DNA of 64,000 nt from Nitrosopumilus sp. (GCA_965249555.1 OZ252243.1:576001-640000); one strand, 5' to 3'. Positions 9,061-19,888 are shown, counted from the first letter of the stretch. Made by a program: numbers and translations. Notes: generated by a model not told the origin, from the sequence alone.

Positions 9061-9819
9061 TTATTTTCCTAGATAAGATTCCATTACTTTTGGATGTTTA
9101 ATGACATCATCAGAACTTCCTTGTGCAATAATTTTTCCTCGATTCATTGCAAAGACATGATCTGCATATTGTAATGCAATATCTAATCTATGCTCAACAA
9201 TTAAAAATGTAATTTTTTGTTTTTTACAAAGACTGGAAATTTTATCAAATATCTCATGTGCCAATGTTGGATTTACTCCTGCAATAGGCTCATCCATAAG
9301 AATCATCGAAGCCCCAGACATCATTGCTCTACCCAATTCAAGAAGTTTTTGCTGACCACCACTTAGATTTTGACTTATGGTGTCCTTTTTTTCCACAAGA
9401 CTAACCATTTCCATTATCTCCATTGCTTTATCGGCAATTCTTTTCTCATCATTTTTCCATTTTGATTTTAATGGCGCCATAAGAAATGATTCACCAGCAT
9501 TATCACTGCTAGAAATCAAAAAATTCTCCATAGTTGTAAGAGTGTTAAATGGTTGAGGTATCTGCCAAGTTCTAACTAGACCAGTCTTGTAGGTATCAAA
9601 CAATCCTTTTTGAGTAATATCAGTTCCATTAAAAAGGATCTTACCATTATCAGGTTTCAAAAGTCCAGAAACCACATTGATGAGTGTGGTTTTTCCACTT
9701 CCATTTGGACCAATTAGCTGATATAATTTCCCTTTTTCTATTTCCATGTCAATCCCATCCAAAACAGTAAGACCATCAAAATGCTTGGTAATGCCCGAAA
9801 TAGATAAAATACTCATCAA
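9061..9819 (-). CDS. livG: Branched-chain amino acid ABC transporter ATPase
   Basis: GPNGSGKTT, RTWQIPQPF, LSGGQQKLLELGRA, DEPIAGVNP and VMESYLG motifs. Confidence 0.9.
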   Translation of the reverse strand: MMSILSISGITKHFDGLTVLDGIDMEIEKGKLYQLIGPNGSGKTTLINVVSGLLKPDNGKILFNGTDITQKGLFDTYKTGLVRTWQIPQPFNTLTTMENFLISSSDNAGESFLMAPLKSKWKNDEKRIADKAMEIMEMVSLVEKKDTISQNLSGGQQKLLELGRAMMSGASMILMDEPIAGVNPTLAHEIFDKISSLCKKQKITFLIVEHRLDIALQYADHVFAMNRGKIIAQGSSDDVIKHPKVMESYLGK

Positions 9820-9869
9820 AATCTCAAAGGCGTAAAGAAATTAAGGGTTTTCGATCTTGGAATGATAAC

Positions 9870-10796
9870 TTGGCTCTTGATCCAATATTTTCTGATGCTA
9901 TAATTTTTGCAAGTCTTTTAGCTCTACTCAGTATCGGACTTACACTCACATATCTTACGACTAGGGTTCCAAATTTTGCTCATGCGTCATTTGCTACTAT
10001 TGGTGTGTACATCGCATTAGTTGCATCAAGGGTTTGGGAGAGCACGCCATACATTGCGATTCCAATTGCGTTTATAATCTCAGGAATAGTGGCTGTTGTT
10101 TTGTATACTTTTATTTTAAAACCATTAATTCGTAAAGGTGCTTCTCAAGCAATTCAGATGGTGGCAACTTTGGCATTTGATTTAGTCGTAATTGCAATAC
10201 TAAATATTTTTGCAGATTATATTGTAAATACATATCGAGTTACATCCAGAGAATTTACACTACGAAGTTATGATGTAGAGTTTATGGGACTTCCATTGAT
10301 TGTTTTTGCAGCACCAATTACAATTGCCGTTTTAGCGATCACACTACACATAGTATTAAGGAAAACAAAATTTGGTATTGCAATGAGGGCTGCAACTGAA
10401 AATTCTGACTTGTCAGAAATAGTTGGAATTAATGTAAAGTTAATTTTTGGCATATCATGGCTCTTGGGAGGAGGTATAGCAGGAATAGCTGGTGCTTTAA
10501 TGTCATTATGGTTTCAAGGAGATCCGAATTTGGGTCCGCTGTTAATACCAAGTGTATTTGCAGCAAGTATTGTAGGGGGATTTTTCAGCATCTATGGTGC
10601 GATAGCTGGAGGTATACTAATTGGATTAACTGAAGTTTTAGGAACGAGATTTTTAGCAGGTGAATTTGGTTCTTGGTTGATTGCATACAGGCCATTAATT
10701 CCACTGGTGTTTATTGTAGTTACGTTACTATTAGCACCACGTGGATTGGCAGGAATAAACTGGTCAAGGTTGAGGAGACATGGCACTAGAAGCTGA
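9870..10796 (+). CDS. livH: Branched-chain amino acid ABC transporter permease
   Basis: GLTLTY..NFAHA, TKFGIAMRA and AASIVGG motifs. Confidence 0.9.
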   Translation: MALDPIFSDAIIFASLLALLSIGLTLTYLTTRVPNFAHASFATIGVYIALVASRVWESTPYIAIPIAFIISGIVAVVLYTFILKPLIRKGASQAIQMVATLAFDLVVIAILNIFADYIVNTYRVTSREFTLRSYDVEFMGLPLIVFAAPITIAVLAITLHIVLRKTKFGIAMRAATENSDLSEIVGINVKLIFGISWLLGGGIAGIAGALMSLWFQGDPNLGPLLIPSVFAASIVGGFFSIYGAIAGGILIGLTEVLGTRFLAGEFGSWLIAYRPLIPLVFIVVTLLLAPRGLAGINWSRLRRHGTRS

Positions 10797-11844
10797 AACA
10801 ATTTTCATTGTAGATTTGCTTGCAATTTTTGCAATCTATGTTATTGTTAATCTAAGCTTAAACATGGAATTTGGATATGCTGGAATTCCAAATTTTGGAA
10901 AAGTGTTAGCAGTTGGGGCAGGTGCATTTGTTGCAGCAGCAATTCCAGGTAGGATTTTTGCCAATATTGCAGGAATTGAGGGAGATTACATTGAAAATAA
11001 TTTAGCAATAGTTTCTGAAATTAATATCTGGTTAGTAGATAATACTGGAATTGGGTTTATTGTATTCTTTTTGACATTAGGTATTGCAGCAGCTGTAGGT
11101 GGCGGTCTAGGATTGATTACAGCATATCCGGCTATCCGATTACGAGGAGACTATCTTGCAATTTCATTGCTAGCTTTTGGTGAGAGTATTAGAATAATTG
11201 GGAATAATTTTACTCCACTAGTTGGCGGTACGCTTGGGGTTCAAGTACCAGATCCATTATCATTTCTTCCAGGAGAATTACGATTCCCAGTAGCAACTAT
11301 TGGATTAGTCCTAATTGCAATTGCTGTGTATGTGTTTAGCGAAAAAATGATTCGTTCACCATTAGGAAGAATGCTTCGTGCAGTTAGAGATAATGAAGTT
11401 GCAGCAGAAGCACTTGGAAAAAACACTACACATGTAAGAATTAAAATAATTATGGTATCTGCAGCACTTGCAGCGATTGCAGGTGCATTGTATGCATTTT
11501 ATGTTGGCGGAACGATTGCCTTTGCATACGATAGAGCAAGTTGGACCTTTTGGCCATTTCTTATGATTCTCATAGGAGGATTAGCAAATAACAAAGGAGT
11601 GCTTATTGGAACACTTTTATTTGTTACACTACGAAAATTCATCATATTTTTCAAAGATTCTTTTCAAGCATATGTTCCATTTGATGTTGTTTGGCTTGAC
11701 TTTTTATTACTTGGAATAATTTTGCTTGCAGTTTTATTGTATAGACCACAAGGGATTTTTATTGAAAAACCGACACCGACTATCTCTCTAAATGGAAGCA
11801 AGTCGTCAGGATTAAAGAAGATGTTTAATTTCTTTTTTAAATAG
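10780..11844 (+). CDS. livM: Branched-chain amino acid ABC transporter permease
   Basis: LNMEFGYAG, RLRGDYLAI, SPLGRMLRAVRDNEVAAEALG and YRPQGI motifs. Confidence 0.9.
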   Translation: MALEAETIFIVDLLAIFAIYVIVNLSLNMEFGYAGIPNFGKVLAVGAGAFVAAAIPGRIFANIAGIEGDYIENNLAIVSEINIWLVDNTGIGFIVFFLTLGIAAAVGGGLGLITAYPAIRLRGDYLAISLLAFGESIRIIGNNFTPLVGGTLGVQVPDPLSFLPGELRFPVATIGLVLIAIAVYVFSEKMIRSPLGRMLRAVRDNEVAAEALGKNTTHVRIKIIMVSAALAAIAGALYAFYVGGTIAFAYDRASWTFWPFLMILIGGLANNKGVLIGTLLFVTLRKFIIFFKDSFQAYVPFDVVWLDFLLLGIILLAVLLYRPQGIFIEKPTPTISLNGSKSSGLKKMFNFFFK

Positions 11845-11916
11845 AATAAGACAAATAAATATCAAGACAAGTGATTTAGCAAACGACTTTATCCTAGTTT
11901 TTTGATATTATCAAGT

Positions 11917-12531
11917 ATGACATTAAAAAATGTAAAACCGTCATTAAACAAGATTGCAAAATCGTTAGAGAGTATTCAAGAAGCAAGAGAATTTCTACTA
12001 AAAAATACAAGAGAAGTGATTATTCTCTGTAGCAGATCAATTATTGCAGTTCATAAAGGAGATTTAAAGACTGGAAAAAACAATTTGAAACAAGCAGACA
12101 AATTATTGAAAAAATACAAGAAAAAAGCAACAGGTGGGCTTGGAAGATATCTAATTACACCAGAACAGGAATTCGTAGAAGCTGCGTGTCTAATTGCAAT
12201 TGTGGAAAAAAAAGAAATTCCTTCAGATAAAAAATTGGCAGTAATGCCGGAATCATATGTTTTAGGATTGCTGGATTGTGTAGGTGAATTGAAAAGAATG
12301 GTATTTGATAAAATTAGAATTGGTAAGATTGATGAGGCTACAAGAATTTTTGAAGTAATGGAAAATTTGTATCTTCATCTTTACACTTTTTCATTATATG
12401 ATAAAGTAGTAAAAGAGGCTAGAAGAAAAATTGATGTAAATAGAATTTTAGTAGATGATGTCAGATCGGCAATTACAGAAGAGAAAAGGCGAACTGAACT
12501 AATCAAGACTTTGCAAAAACTAGAGAAATAA
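11917..12531 (+). CDS. Translin-family RNA-binding protein
   Basis: QEFVEA, YVLGLLDCVGELKR and RRKIDVNR motifs. ATG at 11917 preferred. Confidence 0.85.
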   Translation: MTLKNVKPSLNKIAKSLESIQEAREFLLKNTREVIILCSRSIIAVHKGDLKTGKNNLKQADKLLKKYKKKATGGLGRYLITPEQEFVEAACLIAIVEKKEIPSDKKLAVMPESYVLGLLDCVGELKRMVFDKIRIGKIDEATRIFEVMENLYLHLYTFSLYDKVVKEARRKIDVNRILVDDVRSAITEEKRRTELIKTLQKLEK

Positions 12532-12547
12532 TTTTTGAAATTGTGTA

Positions 12548-12632
12548 TGCGGGCGATGGGATTTGAACCCACGAACTCCTGAGAGACTAGCCCCTCAAGC
12601 TAGCGCCTTTGGCCAGGCTGGGCGACGCCCGC
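12548..12632 (-). tRNA. tRNA-Leu(GAG)
   Basis: Reverse complement GCGGGCG...CTAGC-TTGAGGG-GCTAG, long variable arm, GGTTCAAATCCC, CGCCCGCA. Confidence 0.95.
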
Positions 12633-12684
12633 AATGAAATTTCCTTGTATGGTTTTTATAATCCTTGATTACTTTTTTGTTCGT

Positions 12685-12921
12685 ATGTTAATTCCTGTTA
12701 GATGTTTTACATGTGGAAATTTAGTTGCCGATAAATTTGAAGATTATCAAAATAAAGTAAAATCTGGAGAAAATCCAGAAAAAGTTCTCGATTCTTTGGG
12801 ACTTGAGAGATATTGTTGTAGAAGGATGCTTTTGACTACTGTTGAGACAATTCAACAAGTAATTCCATTCTATGAAGCAATTCAGAAAAGAAAACAGGAA
12901 GTTCAAGCTGAGTTAGAATAA
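12685..12921 (+). CDS. rpoN: RNA polymerase subunit N (Rpo10)
   Basis: MLIPVRCFTCG...RYCCRRM. True start is the ATG at 12685. Confidence 0.97.
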   Translation: MLIPVRCFTCGNLVADKFEDYQNKVKSGENPEKVLDSLGLERYCCRRMLLTTVETIQQVIPFYEAIQKRKQEVQAELE

Positions 12922-12922
12922 C

Positions 12923-14161
12923 TTGTCCAAGATTTCTTCTATTGAAGGACGTATTTTATACAATAGTAGAGGAAGCAAGACAATTGAGATAGATGTAAAG
13001 TCAGAAGGTAAATTTTTAGGAAGAGTTTGTGCGCCATCAGGTGCAAGTGTAGGAAAATATGAAGCAGTTAGTTTTCCTAATGGAAAACCAGAAGAAAGTC
13101 TTGGAATTATACAAGAAAATTCTCAAAAATTCATAGGATTAGAATCCTCAGATCTTAAAGGAGTTCACGATGCTCTGAAAAGTTTGGATAATTCTACAAA
13201 CTATTCAAAAATTGGAGGAGCACTTGCTTTTGCGGTAACAATTGCATCAATGGAATCAGCATCAAAAGCGTCAGGACAACCATTGTTTAAAACACTATCA
13301 TCAGAACCCTCATTCAAATTTCCATTTCCGATAGGAAATATTTTGGGAGGTGGAGCACATGCAGGACCTGGAACACCAGACATTCAAGAGATTTTGATTT
13401 GCGCCATAGGTTCAAAGACCATAGAAGATGCAATTGAAACTAACTTGGCAGTACATAAAGAATTGCGCAGTGTTTTAGAAAATGAAGATTCCAGCTTTAC
13501 TAATGGAAGAGGTGATGAAGGTGGATGGGCACCAAAATTGGAAAATCAAAAGGCATTAGAGATTTCTGCAAAAGCTTGTGAGAATTTAGGATTTACTTTA
13601 GGAAAAGAGGTATCATTGGGAGTAGACTTTGCATCATCTACACAATGGAATGCAGAAAAACAAAAGTACGTTTATGACAGATCTGGATTTGAAAATTCTA
13701 CTGGAGAACAGATTGATTTTGCAGCAAATATTATTGAAAAATATAAATTAATTTATGCAGAGGATGCAGTTCACGAAGAAGCATTTGAGGATATGGCAGA
13801 ACTAACAGCCAAATTCCCCAACATACTGATTACAGGAGATGATCTGACAGTTACAAGTAAAGACATTCTGACAAAAGCAATTGATTCAAAATCATGTAAC
13901 GCAGCAATTCTTAAAGTAAATCAAGCAGGTAGTCTTTATGATGCTCTTGAATTTGCCAGTGTTGCACATCAAAACAATATCAAATTAATCACATCACACA
14001 GATCGGGAGAGTCAACTGATTCACAAATATCGCATATAGGAATTGCAACAAAATCAAAAATGCTCAAAGTTGGGGTAGTTGGAGGAGAAAGAATAGCAAA
14101 ACTCAATGAACTATTACGCCTATCAGAGCATGATTTAATACGCGGTATGGCAGAGATTTAA
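12923..14161 (+). CDS. eno: Enolase
   Basis: NSRG, APSGASVG, GDEGG, LKVNQAG and SHRSGES motifs. Confidence 0.95.
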   Translation: MSKISSIEGRILYNSRGSKTIEIDVKSEGKFLGRVCAPSGASVGKYEAVSFPNGKPEESLGIIQENSQKFIGLESSDLKGVHDALKSLDNSTNYSKIGGALAFAVTIASMESASKASGQPLFKTLSSEPSFKFPFPIGNILGGGAHAGPGTPDIQEILICAIGSKTIEDAIETNLAVHKELRSVLENEDSSFTNGRGDEGGWAPKLENQKALEISAKACENLGFTLGKEVSLGVDFASSTQWNAEKQKYVYDRSGFENSTGEQIDFAANIIEKYKLIYAEDAVHEEAFEDMAELTAKFPNILITGDDLTVTSKDILTKAIDSKSCNAAILKVNQAGSLYDALEFASVAHQNNIKLITSHRSGESTDSQISHIGIATKSKMLKVGVVGGERIAKLNELLRLSEHDLIRGMAEI

Positions 14162-14168
14162 AATCGTC

Positions 14169-14792
14169 ATGAGTCAACAAGCAGAAGCAACAGACATCAA
14201 GAAGAAGATCCTAGCTACTGGAATTAGAGTAGGAACTCAAGTAAAAACAAAATTCATGAGACCATTCATCACCACAGCCAGTCCCGAAGGACTCTACATG
14301 CTTGATTTAGACATAACATTAGAGAAAATCAAAACAGCAGCAAAATTCATCAATAGAGTGGGAACAGACAATCTCATTGTATGTACAGGAAGACGATATG
14401 CAGAGACACCAATTGAAAAATTCTGTGAGATGTTAGATGCTAAAAAACTCCTTGGAAGATTCATGCCAGGAACTTTGACAAATCCCTCATTACCATATTA
14501 CATTGAACCAAAATTAGTCTTAATTTCAGATCCACAAGTTGATGAGCAAGCAATCACAGAAGCAACTAATGCAGGTATTCCTGTAATAGGAATTGCAAAT
14601 ACAGATAACATTACATCAAAACTAGATGTAATTATTCCAGCAAACAACAGAGGAAGAAAAGCTCTGGCAACAGTTTACTGGTTATTGGTGCGTCAAATCC
14701 TCATTGAAAGAGGAGAACTAAAGGAAAATGAATCAATGAAATATGAAATTGATGATTTTGAAACAAAGATTACCGAAGAGGAAACCGAATAA
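14169..14792 (+). CDS. rps2: 30S ribosomal protein S2
   Basis: GRFMPGTLTNP, DPQVDEQAITEA and IPANNRG motifs. Confidence 0.97.
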   Translation: MSQQAEATDIKKKILATGIRVGTQVKTKFMRPFITTASPEGLYMLDLDITLEKIKTAAKFINRVGTDNLIVCTGRRYAETPIEKFCEMLDAKKLLGRFMPGTLTNPSLPYYIEPKLVLISDPQVDEQAITEATNAGIPVIGIANTDNITSKLDVIIPANNRGRKALATVYWLLVRQILIERGELKENESMKYEIDDFETKITEEETE

Positions 14793-14818
14793 ATCACTCA
14801 AAATTCCAAAGTGTTCAC

Positions 14819-15766
14819 TTGAAATCTAAAGCTTCGGCACCAGGAAAAGTTATTCTTTTTGGAGAACATTTTGTAGTATATGGAGTAAAAGCAATTCTTT
14901 GTGCAATCAATAAGAGAATTACTGTCACTGCAGAGAAGATTGAAGAGTATAAAATTTCTATTAAATCAAACATAGGGGATTTAATTTTAGAGCCAAACCA
15001 ACCTATTTCAGAAATTAATTCCCCACTGAAACCGTTTTATTATTTAGCAAACAAAATGTTACAAACACAAAATCAGACCACGGGAATTGAAATTATAGTA
15101 GAATCAGATATTCCATTGGGAGTGGGTTTAGGTTCATCATCTGCTTGTTGTGTTGCAGGTGCTGCAGCAATTTCAAGATTATTTACAGAGACATCCAAGG
15201 AAGAAATTCTTGAACTTGCAATTGCAGCTGAAAAAACAATTTTTCAAAACACTTCAGGAGCAGATTGCACAGTTTGTACATATGGAGGCATTATGGAATA
15301 TGATAAGAAAAATGGATTTACCAAAATAGAATCTGAATCCAATTTTCATCTAGTAATTGCAAATTCAAACATAAAACATTCTACAGAATCAGTAGTTGCA
15401 GGAGTAAAACAGTTCAAAGAGAAAAATGAAGCAGAATTTTCAAAGTTATGCAATGATGAATCAAAATTAGTTGAAGATGTTTTGAAATTATTAAAAGATA
15501 ACAACATCAAAGAATTGGGGCAAAAAATAATTCAGAACCAAGGGTATCTAGAAAGGATAGGAGTTTCAAATGAAAAATTAAGAGACATGATCATGATAGG
15601 GCAAAAATCATCTTTTGGGGCAAAAATTACGGGTGCTGGAGGAGGCGGATGCATCTTTGCATTAACAGACGAAACAAATTTGGAGCATTCCATCAATCAA
15701 TTCAGAGAGAAAAATTATGACTGTTTTTCAGTGAAAATTGATTTCAAAGGACTGGATACTTTTTAA
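14819..15766 (+). CDS. mvk: Mevalonate kinase
   Basis: APGKVILFGEH, PLGVGLGSSSA and KITGAGGGG motifs. Confidence 0.95.
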   Translation: MKSKASAPGKVILFGEHFVVYGVKAILCAINKRITVTAEKIEEYKISIKSNIGDLILEPNQPISEINSPLKPFYYLANKMLQTQNQTTGIEIIVESDIPLGVGLGSSSACCVAGAAAISRLFTETSKEEILELAIAAEKTIFQNTSGADCTVCTYGGIMEYDKKNGFTKIESESNFHLVIANSNIKHSTESVVAGVKQFKEKNEAEFSKLCNDESKLVEDVLKLLKDNNIKELGQKIIQNQGYLERIGVSNEKLRDMIMIGQKSSFGAKITGAGGGGCIFALTDETNLEHSINQFREKNYDCFSVKIDFKGLDTF

Positions 15767-15789
15767 TTGACTGCACAATTTGAAAAAAT

Positions 15790-16542
15790 ATGATTCTAAT
15801 AAAATTGGGCGGCTCAGTTATCACAAATAAAGAAAAATCATTATCAGCCAGAAGAAAAACAACAGATAATCTTGCTAAGAGTCTAAAAAAAATTGATGAA
15901 TCAATGATTGTTGTTCATGGAGGAGGTTCCTATGGACATTACTGGTCTATAAAATATGATATGCACACCAAAGGAAAAAAATATGATCTTAGAGGAGTTG
16001 CAATTGTAAAAAATTCAATGATTGAGTTAAACAAGATCGTTTTGGATTCATTGTTAAAAAATAAATTAAATCCATATTGTTTTCCCCCAGCCAGTTTTAT
16101 GTTAGGTAACAAACCGATTTCAAAAAAGGTTAAAGAAATTGAAAAAATTGCAAAAACAGGCTTAATTCCAGTCACATATGGAGATGCATTATGGTATGGT
16201 CAGAAAAAAACATACATTTTATCAGGTGACAAGATTATGACTCATCTTGCAAAAATTTTAAAACCAAGACTCAGTATTTTTGTTCTAAATGAAGATGGAT
16301 TGTATTCTGATCTAAAATCAAAAAAATTGATTTATGAATTAAAGGGTGAACGTCCTTTAATTTCAGAAAACAAAAAGGATGTTACTGGTGGAATGGTTAG
16401 AAAAGTTGAGGAAGCCTCAAAGATTTCAAAAATGGGAATGAATGTCTTTTTTGTAAATGGGAACAAACCTGAAAGAATTGTAAAAGCGGTTAAAAACAGG
16501 AAATTTGAAGGAACATTGTTTAGAGGAAAAAGAAATGCCTGA
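15790..16542 (+). CDS. Isopentenyl phosphate kinase
   Basis: KLGGSVIT, HGGGSYGH, SGD and DVTGGM motifs; isoprenoid gene context. Confidence 0.9.
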   Translation: MILIKLGGSVITNKEKSLSARRKTTDNLAKSLKKIDESMIVVHGGGSYGHYWSIKYDMHTKGKKYDLRGVAIVKNSMIELNKIVLDSLLKNKLNPYCFPPASFMLGNKPISKKVKEIEKIAKTGLIPVTYGDALWYGQKKTYILSGDKIMTHLAKILKPRLSIFVLNEDGLYSDLKSKKLIYELKGERPLISENKKDVTGGMVRKVEEASKISKMGMNVFFVNGNKPERIVKAVKNRKFEGTLFRGKRNA

Positions 16543-17185
16543 AGAATTTGTAATTTTAGTTGATGAGAATGATAACCCAATTGGTACTGAAGAAAAAGTA
16601 AAGTGTCATTTGCCAAATGGAAAATTGCACAGGGCATTTACTGCTTTATTATTTGATAAGGATGGCAGACTAGTAATTACAAGACGAGCAAAAGAAAAGA
16701 TGTTGTGGCCAAGTGATTGGGATGGGACATTTGCAAGTCACCCAAGAGAATCTGAAACTTTTGTGTCATCAGGTGAAAGAAGAATGCCAGAAGAATTAGG
16801 AATTGATGGGAAATTAGATTATTTACACAAATTTGAGTATCATGTATCTTTCAAAGATGTGGGTTCTGAAAATGAAATTTGTGGAACATTAATTGGAATA
16901 ATCGATGAATCCATAGAACTAAAAGAAATTGAAGGAGAGATAGATGAAATTAAGTGGATTTCTGCAGAGGAATTACTTTTAGAATTAAAGAGCAATCCTC
17001 AAATTTATTGTCCTTGGATGCTTATTGCTTTAGGATTACTTGATAAATCTGAGCAATCCATGCTTGAAAAGCATGGAAATGTCTTATCTACATGGATGAA
17101 TAGTGAAGTTCATGATAGATTGCATGAAGCAATCAAGACACATTTACCGAAAGACAAATGGAGATTAGTAAATGAAAAAAACTAA
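16535..17185 (+). CDS. idi: Isopentenyl-diphosphate delta-isomerase, type 1 (Nudix)
   Basis: LHRAF, ASHP, EELG, ENEIC and CPW motifs. Start ATG 16535. Confidence 0.92.
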   Translation: MPEEFVILVDENDNPIGTEEKVKCHLPNGKLHRAFTALLFDKDGRLVITRRAKEKMLWPSDWDGTFASHPRESETFVSSGERRMPEELGIDGKLDYLHKFEYHVSFKDVGSENEICGTLIGIIDESIELKEIEGEIDEIKWISAEELLLELKSNPQIYCPWMLIALGLLDKSEQSMLEKHGNVLSTWMNSEVHDRLHEAIKTHLPKDKWRLVNEKN

Positions 17186-18152
17186 TCAAATTGAAAAAAA
17201 TGCAAAAATAGTAAACAAGTCTCTAAATTCAAAACTAAAAGGAAATCCAAAGAAACTCTATGACGCAGCAGGACATCTGATTATTCATGGTGGAAAAAGA
17301 CTTAGACCATACATGGTAATTAAAAGTTGTCAAATTTTAGGAGGAAAAGTTTCCAATGCAATGCTAGCTGCAAGTGCTGTAGAAATGGTTCACAACTTTA
17401 CTTTGGTTCATGATGATATCATGGATAATGATGAAATGCGTCACGGAGTTCCAACGGTACATAAAAAATTTGGAATGTCAGTTGCAATTCTTGCTGGTGA
17501 TGTTTTATTTTCAAAAGCATTTCAAATAATTACTGAATCAAAATTATCATCAGATGCTACCACTAAATTAGTTTCCAGATTAGCAAAAGCATGTGTAGAT
17601 GTATGTGAAGGTCAGTTACTTGATGTAAAGATGGCAGAAGAGAAGAAAATTCCGACGCAAACAGAATACATTACAATGATTAGCAAAAAAACTGCAGCAT
17701 TATTTGATGTATCATGTGCAATGGGAGCTATTTGTGCTACAAACAAATCAGATGATATTTCAAACCTCTCATCATTTGGAAAAAATTTGGGAATTGCATT
17801 TCAGATAACTGATGATCTCATAGGAGTTATGGGAGATCCTAAAATTACAAAGAAACCTGTTGGAAATGATCTTAGGGAAGGTAAAAAATCACTTCCAATT
17901 TTGATGGCAATAAAATCAGCAAAAGGTAAAAATAAAAAAATAATTCTAAAGGCATTTGGAAATTCAAAGGCAACAAGAAATGATCTAAATAAGGCGGTAG
18001 GTGTAATTCGCTCTCTTGGAATTGAAGAAAATGTTAGAAAACAGGCTCTAAAATACGCAGATAAAGCAGAAAAATCGTTGGCAAGGTATTTGGGCTCTGC
18101 TAAAACAGAGTTAATTACATTATTGGATTTTGTAGTAAAGAGAAGTGTATAG
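17172..18152 (+). CDS. Geranylgeranyl diphosphate synthase
   Basis: GGKRLRP, HDDIMDNDEMR and FQITDD motifs. Confidence 0.92.
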   Translation: MKKTNQIEKNAKIVNKSLNSKLKGNPKKLYDAAGHLIIHGGKRLRPYMVIKSCQILGGKVSNAMLAASAVEMVHNFTLVHDDIMDNDEMRHGVPTVHKKFGMSVAILAGDVLFSKAFQIITESKLSSDATTKLVSRLAKACVDVCEGQLLDVKMAEEKKIPTQTEYITMISKKTAALFDVSCAMGAICATNKSDDISNLSSFGKNLGIAFQITDDLIGVMGDPKITKKPVGNDLREGKKSLPILMAIKSAKGKNKKIILKAFGNSKATRNDLNKAVGVIRSLGIEENVRKQALKYADKAEKSLARYLGSAKTELITLLDFVVKRSV

Positions 18153-18172
18153 TTACAACAGGTAGAACTAGT

Positions 18173-19882
18173 ATGAATGAAGAATTAAAGAAAGAAATTA
18201 GGAAGATGGCTCTTCAAAATGCGTTTGAGCATGGAGGACAAACTCAAGATAAAATAATTTTGGGAAAAATTCTTGGAACTAAGCCAGAATTTAGAACTAA
18301 AGTAAAAGAAATTACAGGGGATATTTCTGAAATTGTTGCTAATGTAAATCAACTATCATCTGAAGAACAGAAAAAAGAAATTGAGGAAAACTTTCCAGAA
18401 ATTTTAATACCAAAAGAAAAAATCAAAGAAAGAGAAGGTCTTCCAGAATTAGAAGGTGCTGAACAAGGAAAAGTTGTTACAAGATTTCCTCCAGAACCAA
18501 ATGGCTATCCACACATAGGACATGCAAAAGCTGCTATCATTAATTCAGAATATGCAAAGATGTATGGTGGAAAATTTATTCTAAGAATGGATGATACAAA
18601 TCCAGAAGCAGAAAGAATGGAGTATCATGCAGCCATCAAAGTTGGACTAGAGTGGATAGGAATAAAATTTGACATAGTGAAAAGTACTTCAGATGACATG
18701 GAAGTATTTTATGAGAAAGGTATGGAATTAATCAATTCAGGAAATGCTTACGTTTGCACTTGTAAAAGAGATACCGTCAGCAAGAACAGAAGAGAAAGAA
18801 AAGCCTGCAAGTGTAGTATGAAAGATATTGATAAAAATAATGAAAATTGGGAAAAGATGAAACAGAAATTCAAACCTGGTGATGCAATTGTAAGATTTCG
18901 CGGAGACATGAAAGCAGATAATGCAGTCATGCGAGATCCAGTATTATTCAGAATTATTGATGAAAGTCATTACACGTTACGTGAAAAATATAGAATTTGG
19001 CCTAGCTATGATTTTTCAGTTGCAATTGAAGATAGCATTGATGGAGTCACACATGCTTTTCGTTCTAAAGAATTTGAGCTAAGAGAAGAGCTAATTGATG
19101 CAATTTTAGATGCGTTAAATATGAGAAAACCATACCAAGGGTTTTTCTCCAGGCTAGAATTCAAAGGAATGCCTATTTCAAAAAGAATCATCAAGCCCTT
19201 AATTGAAACAGGCAAGGTTTCATGGTATGATGATCCAAGACTTCCAACTCTTGAGGCACTTAGAAGAAGGGGAATCAGACCTGAGGCCATCAGAAAATTT
19301 ATCCTGTCTTTAGGCTTAACCAAAGCAAATACTCTTGCACCATTTGATGCACTTGAAGCATTTAATCGAAAATTGGTTGATGCTGAGAGCACAAGATTAT
19401 TCATGGTAAGCAATGCAAGAAAATTAACAGTAAAAAATTTACCAGTCTCATCAGTTGAGATTCCCAATCACCCAATTAATGACATGGGAAAAAGAAAAAT
19501 TGAGATTGATGGGAATTTCTATATTTCAGGAGATGATGCACAAGACATCAAACAAGGAACGCAGATTAGACTTTTAGGATTAGGAAATGTTTCCATAACA
19601 AAAGAAGGTACAGAATTTGAAGGCGAATTTGTCGAAGATGGAAAAACAACAGACATACCAAAAATTCAATGGGTTTCACAAAAAACTGCACATGAAATTA
19701 AGATGATTATTCCAAAAACATTATTCAACGGAGAAGAATTTAACGAAGATAGTTTAGAAGAATTAGATGTCTATACAGAACCACATTATCTACAATTAAA
19801 AGAAGGAGAAGAAATTCAATTTGTTAGATTTGGATATTGTAGAAAAGATTCACAGAATCAAGCAATTTTTACACACAAGTGA
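18173..19882 (+). CDS. gltX: Glutamyl-tRNA synthetase
   Basis: TRFPPEPNGYPHIGH, DDTNP, ISKR, DDPRLPTL and QFVRFGY motifs. Confidence 0.97.
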   Translation: MNEELKKEIRKMALQNAFEHGGQTQDKIILGKILGTKPEFRTKVKEITGDISEIVANVNQLSSEEQKKEIEENFPEILIPKEKIKEREGLPELEGAEQGKVVTRFPPEPNGYPHIGHAKAAIINSEYAKMYGGKFILRMDDTNPEAERMEYHAAIKVGLEWIGIKFDIVKSTSDDMEVFYEKGMELINSGNAYVCTCKRDTVSKNRRERKACKCSMKDIDKNNENWEKMKQKFKPGDAIVRFRGDMKADNAVMRDPVLFRIIDESHYTLREKYRIWPSYDFSVAIEDSIDGVTHAFRSKEFELREELIDAILDALNMRKPYQGFFSRLEFKGMPISKRIIKPLIETGKVSWYDDPRLPTLEALRRRGIRPEAIRKFILSLGLTKANTLAPFDALEAFNRKLVDAESTRLFMVSNARKLTVKNLPVSSVEIPNHPINDMGKRKIEIDGNFYISGDDAQDIKQGTQIRLLGLGNVSITKEGTEFEGEFVEDGKTTDIPKIQWVSQKTAHEIKMIIPKTLFNGEEFNEDSLEELDVYTEPHYLQLKEGEEIQFVRFGYCRKDSQNQAIFTHK

Positions 19883-19888
19883 TCAGAT

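Noticed and set aside
12548-12632. tRNA-Leu as the att site of the 2-7 kb island
   Set aside because: No copy of its 3' end was found by eye near 2.0-2.1 kb or 7.0 kb, so the island boundaries stay undefined.
16535-17185. Type 1 IDI in an archaeon as a novelty
   Set aside because: Already known for Nitrosopumilales and haloarchaea, and it sits in the expected isoprenoid cluster.
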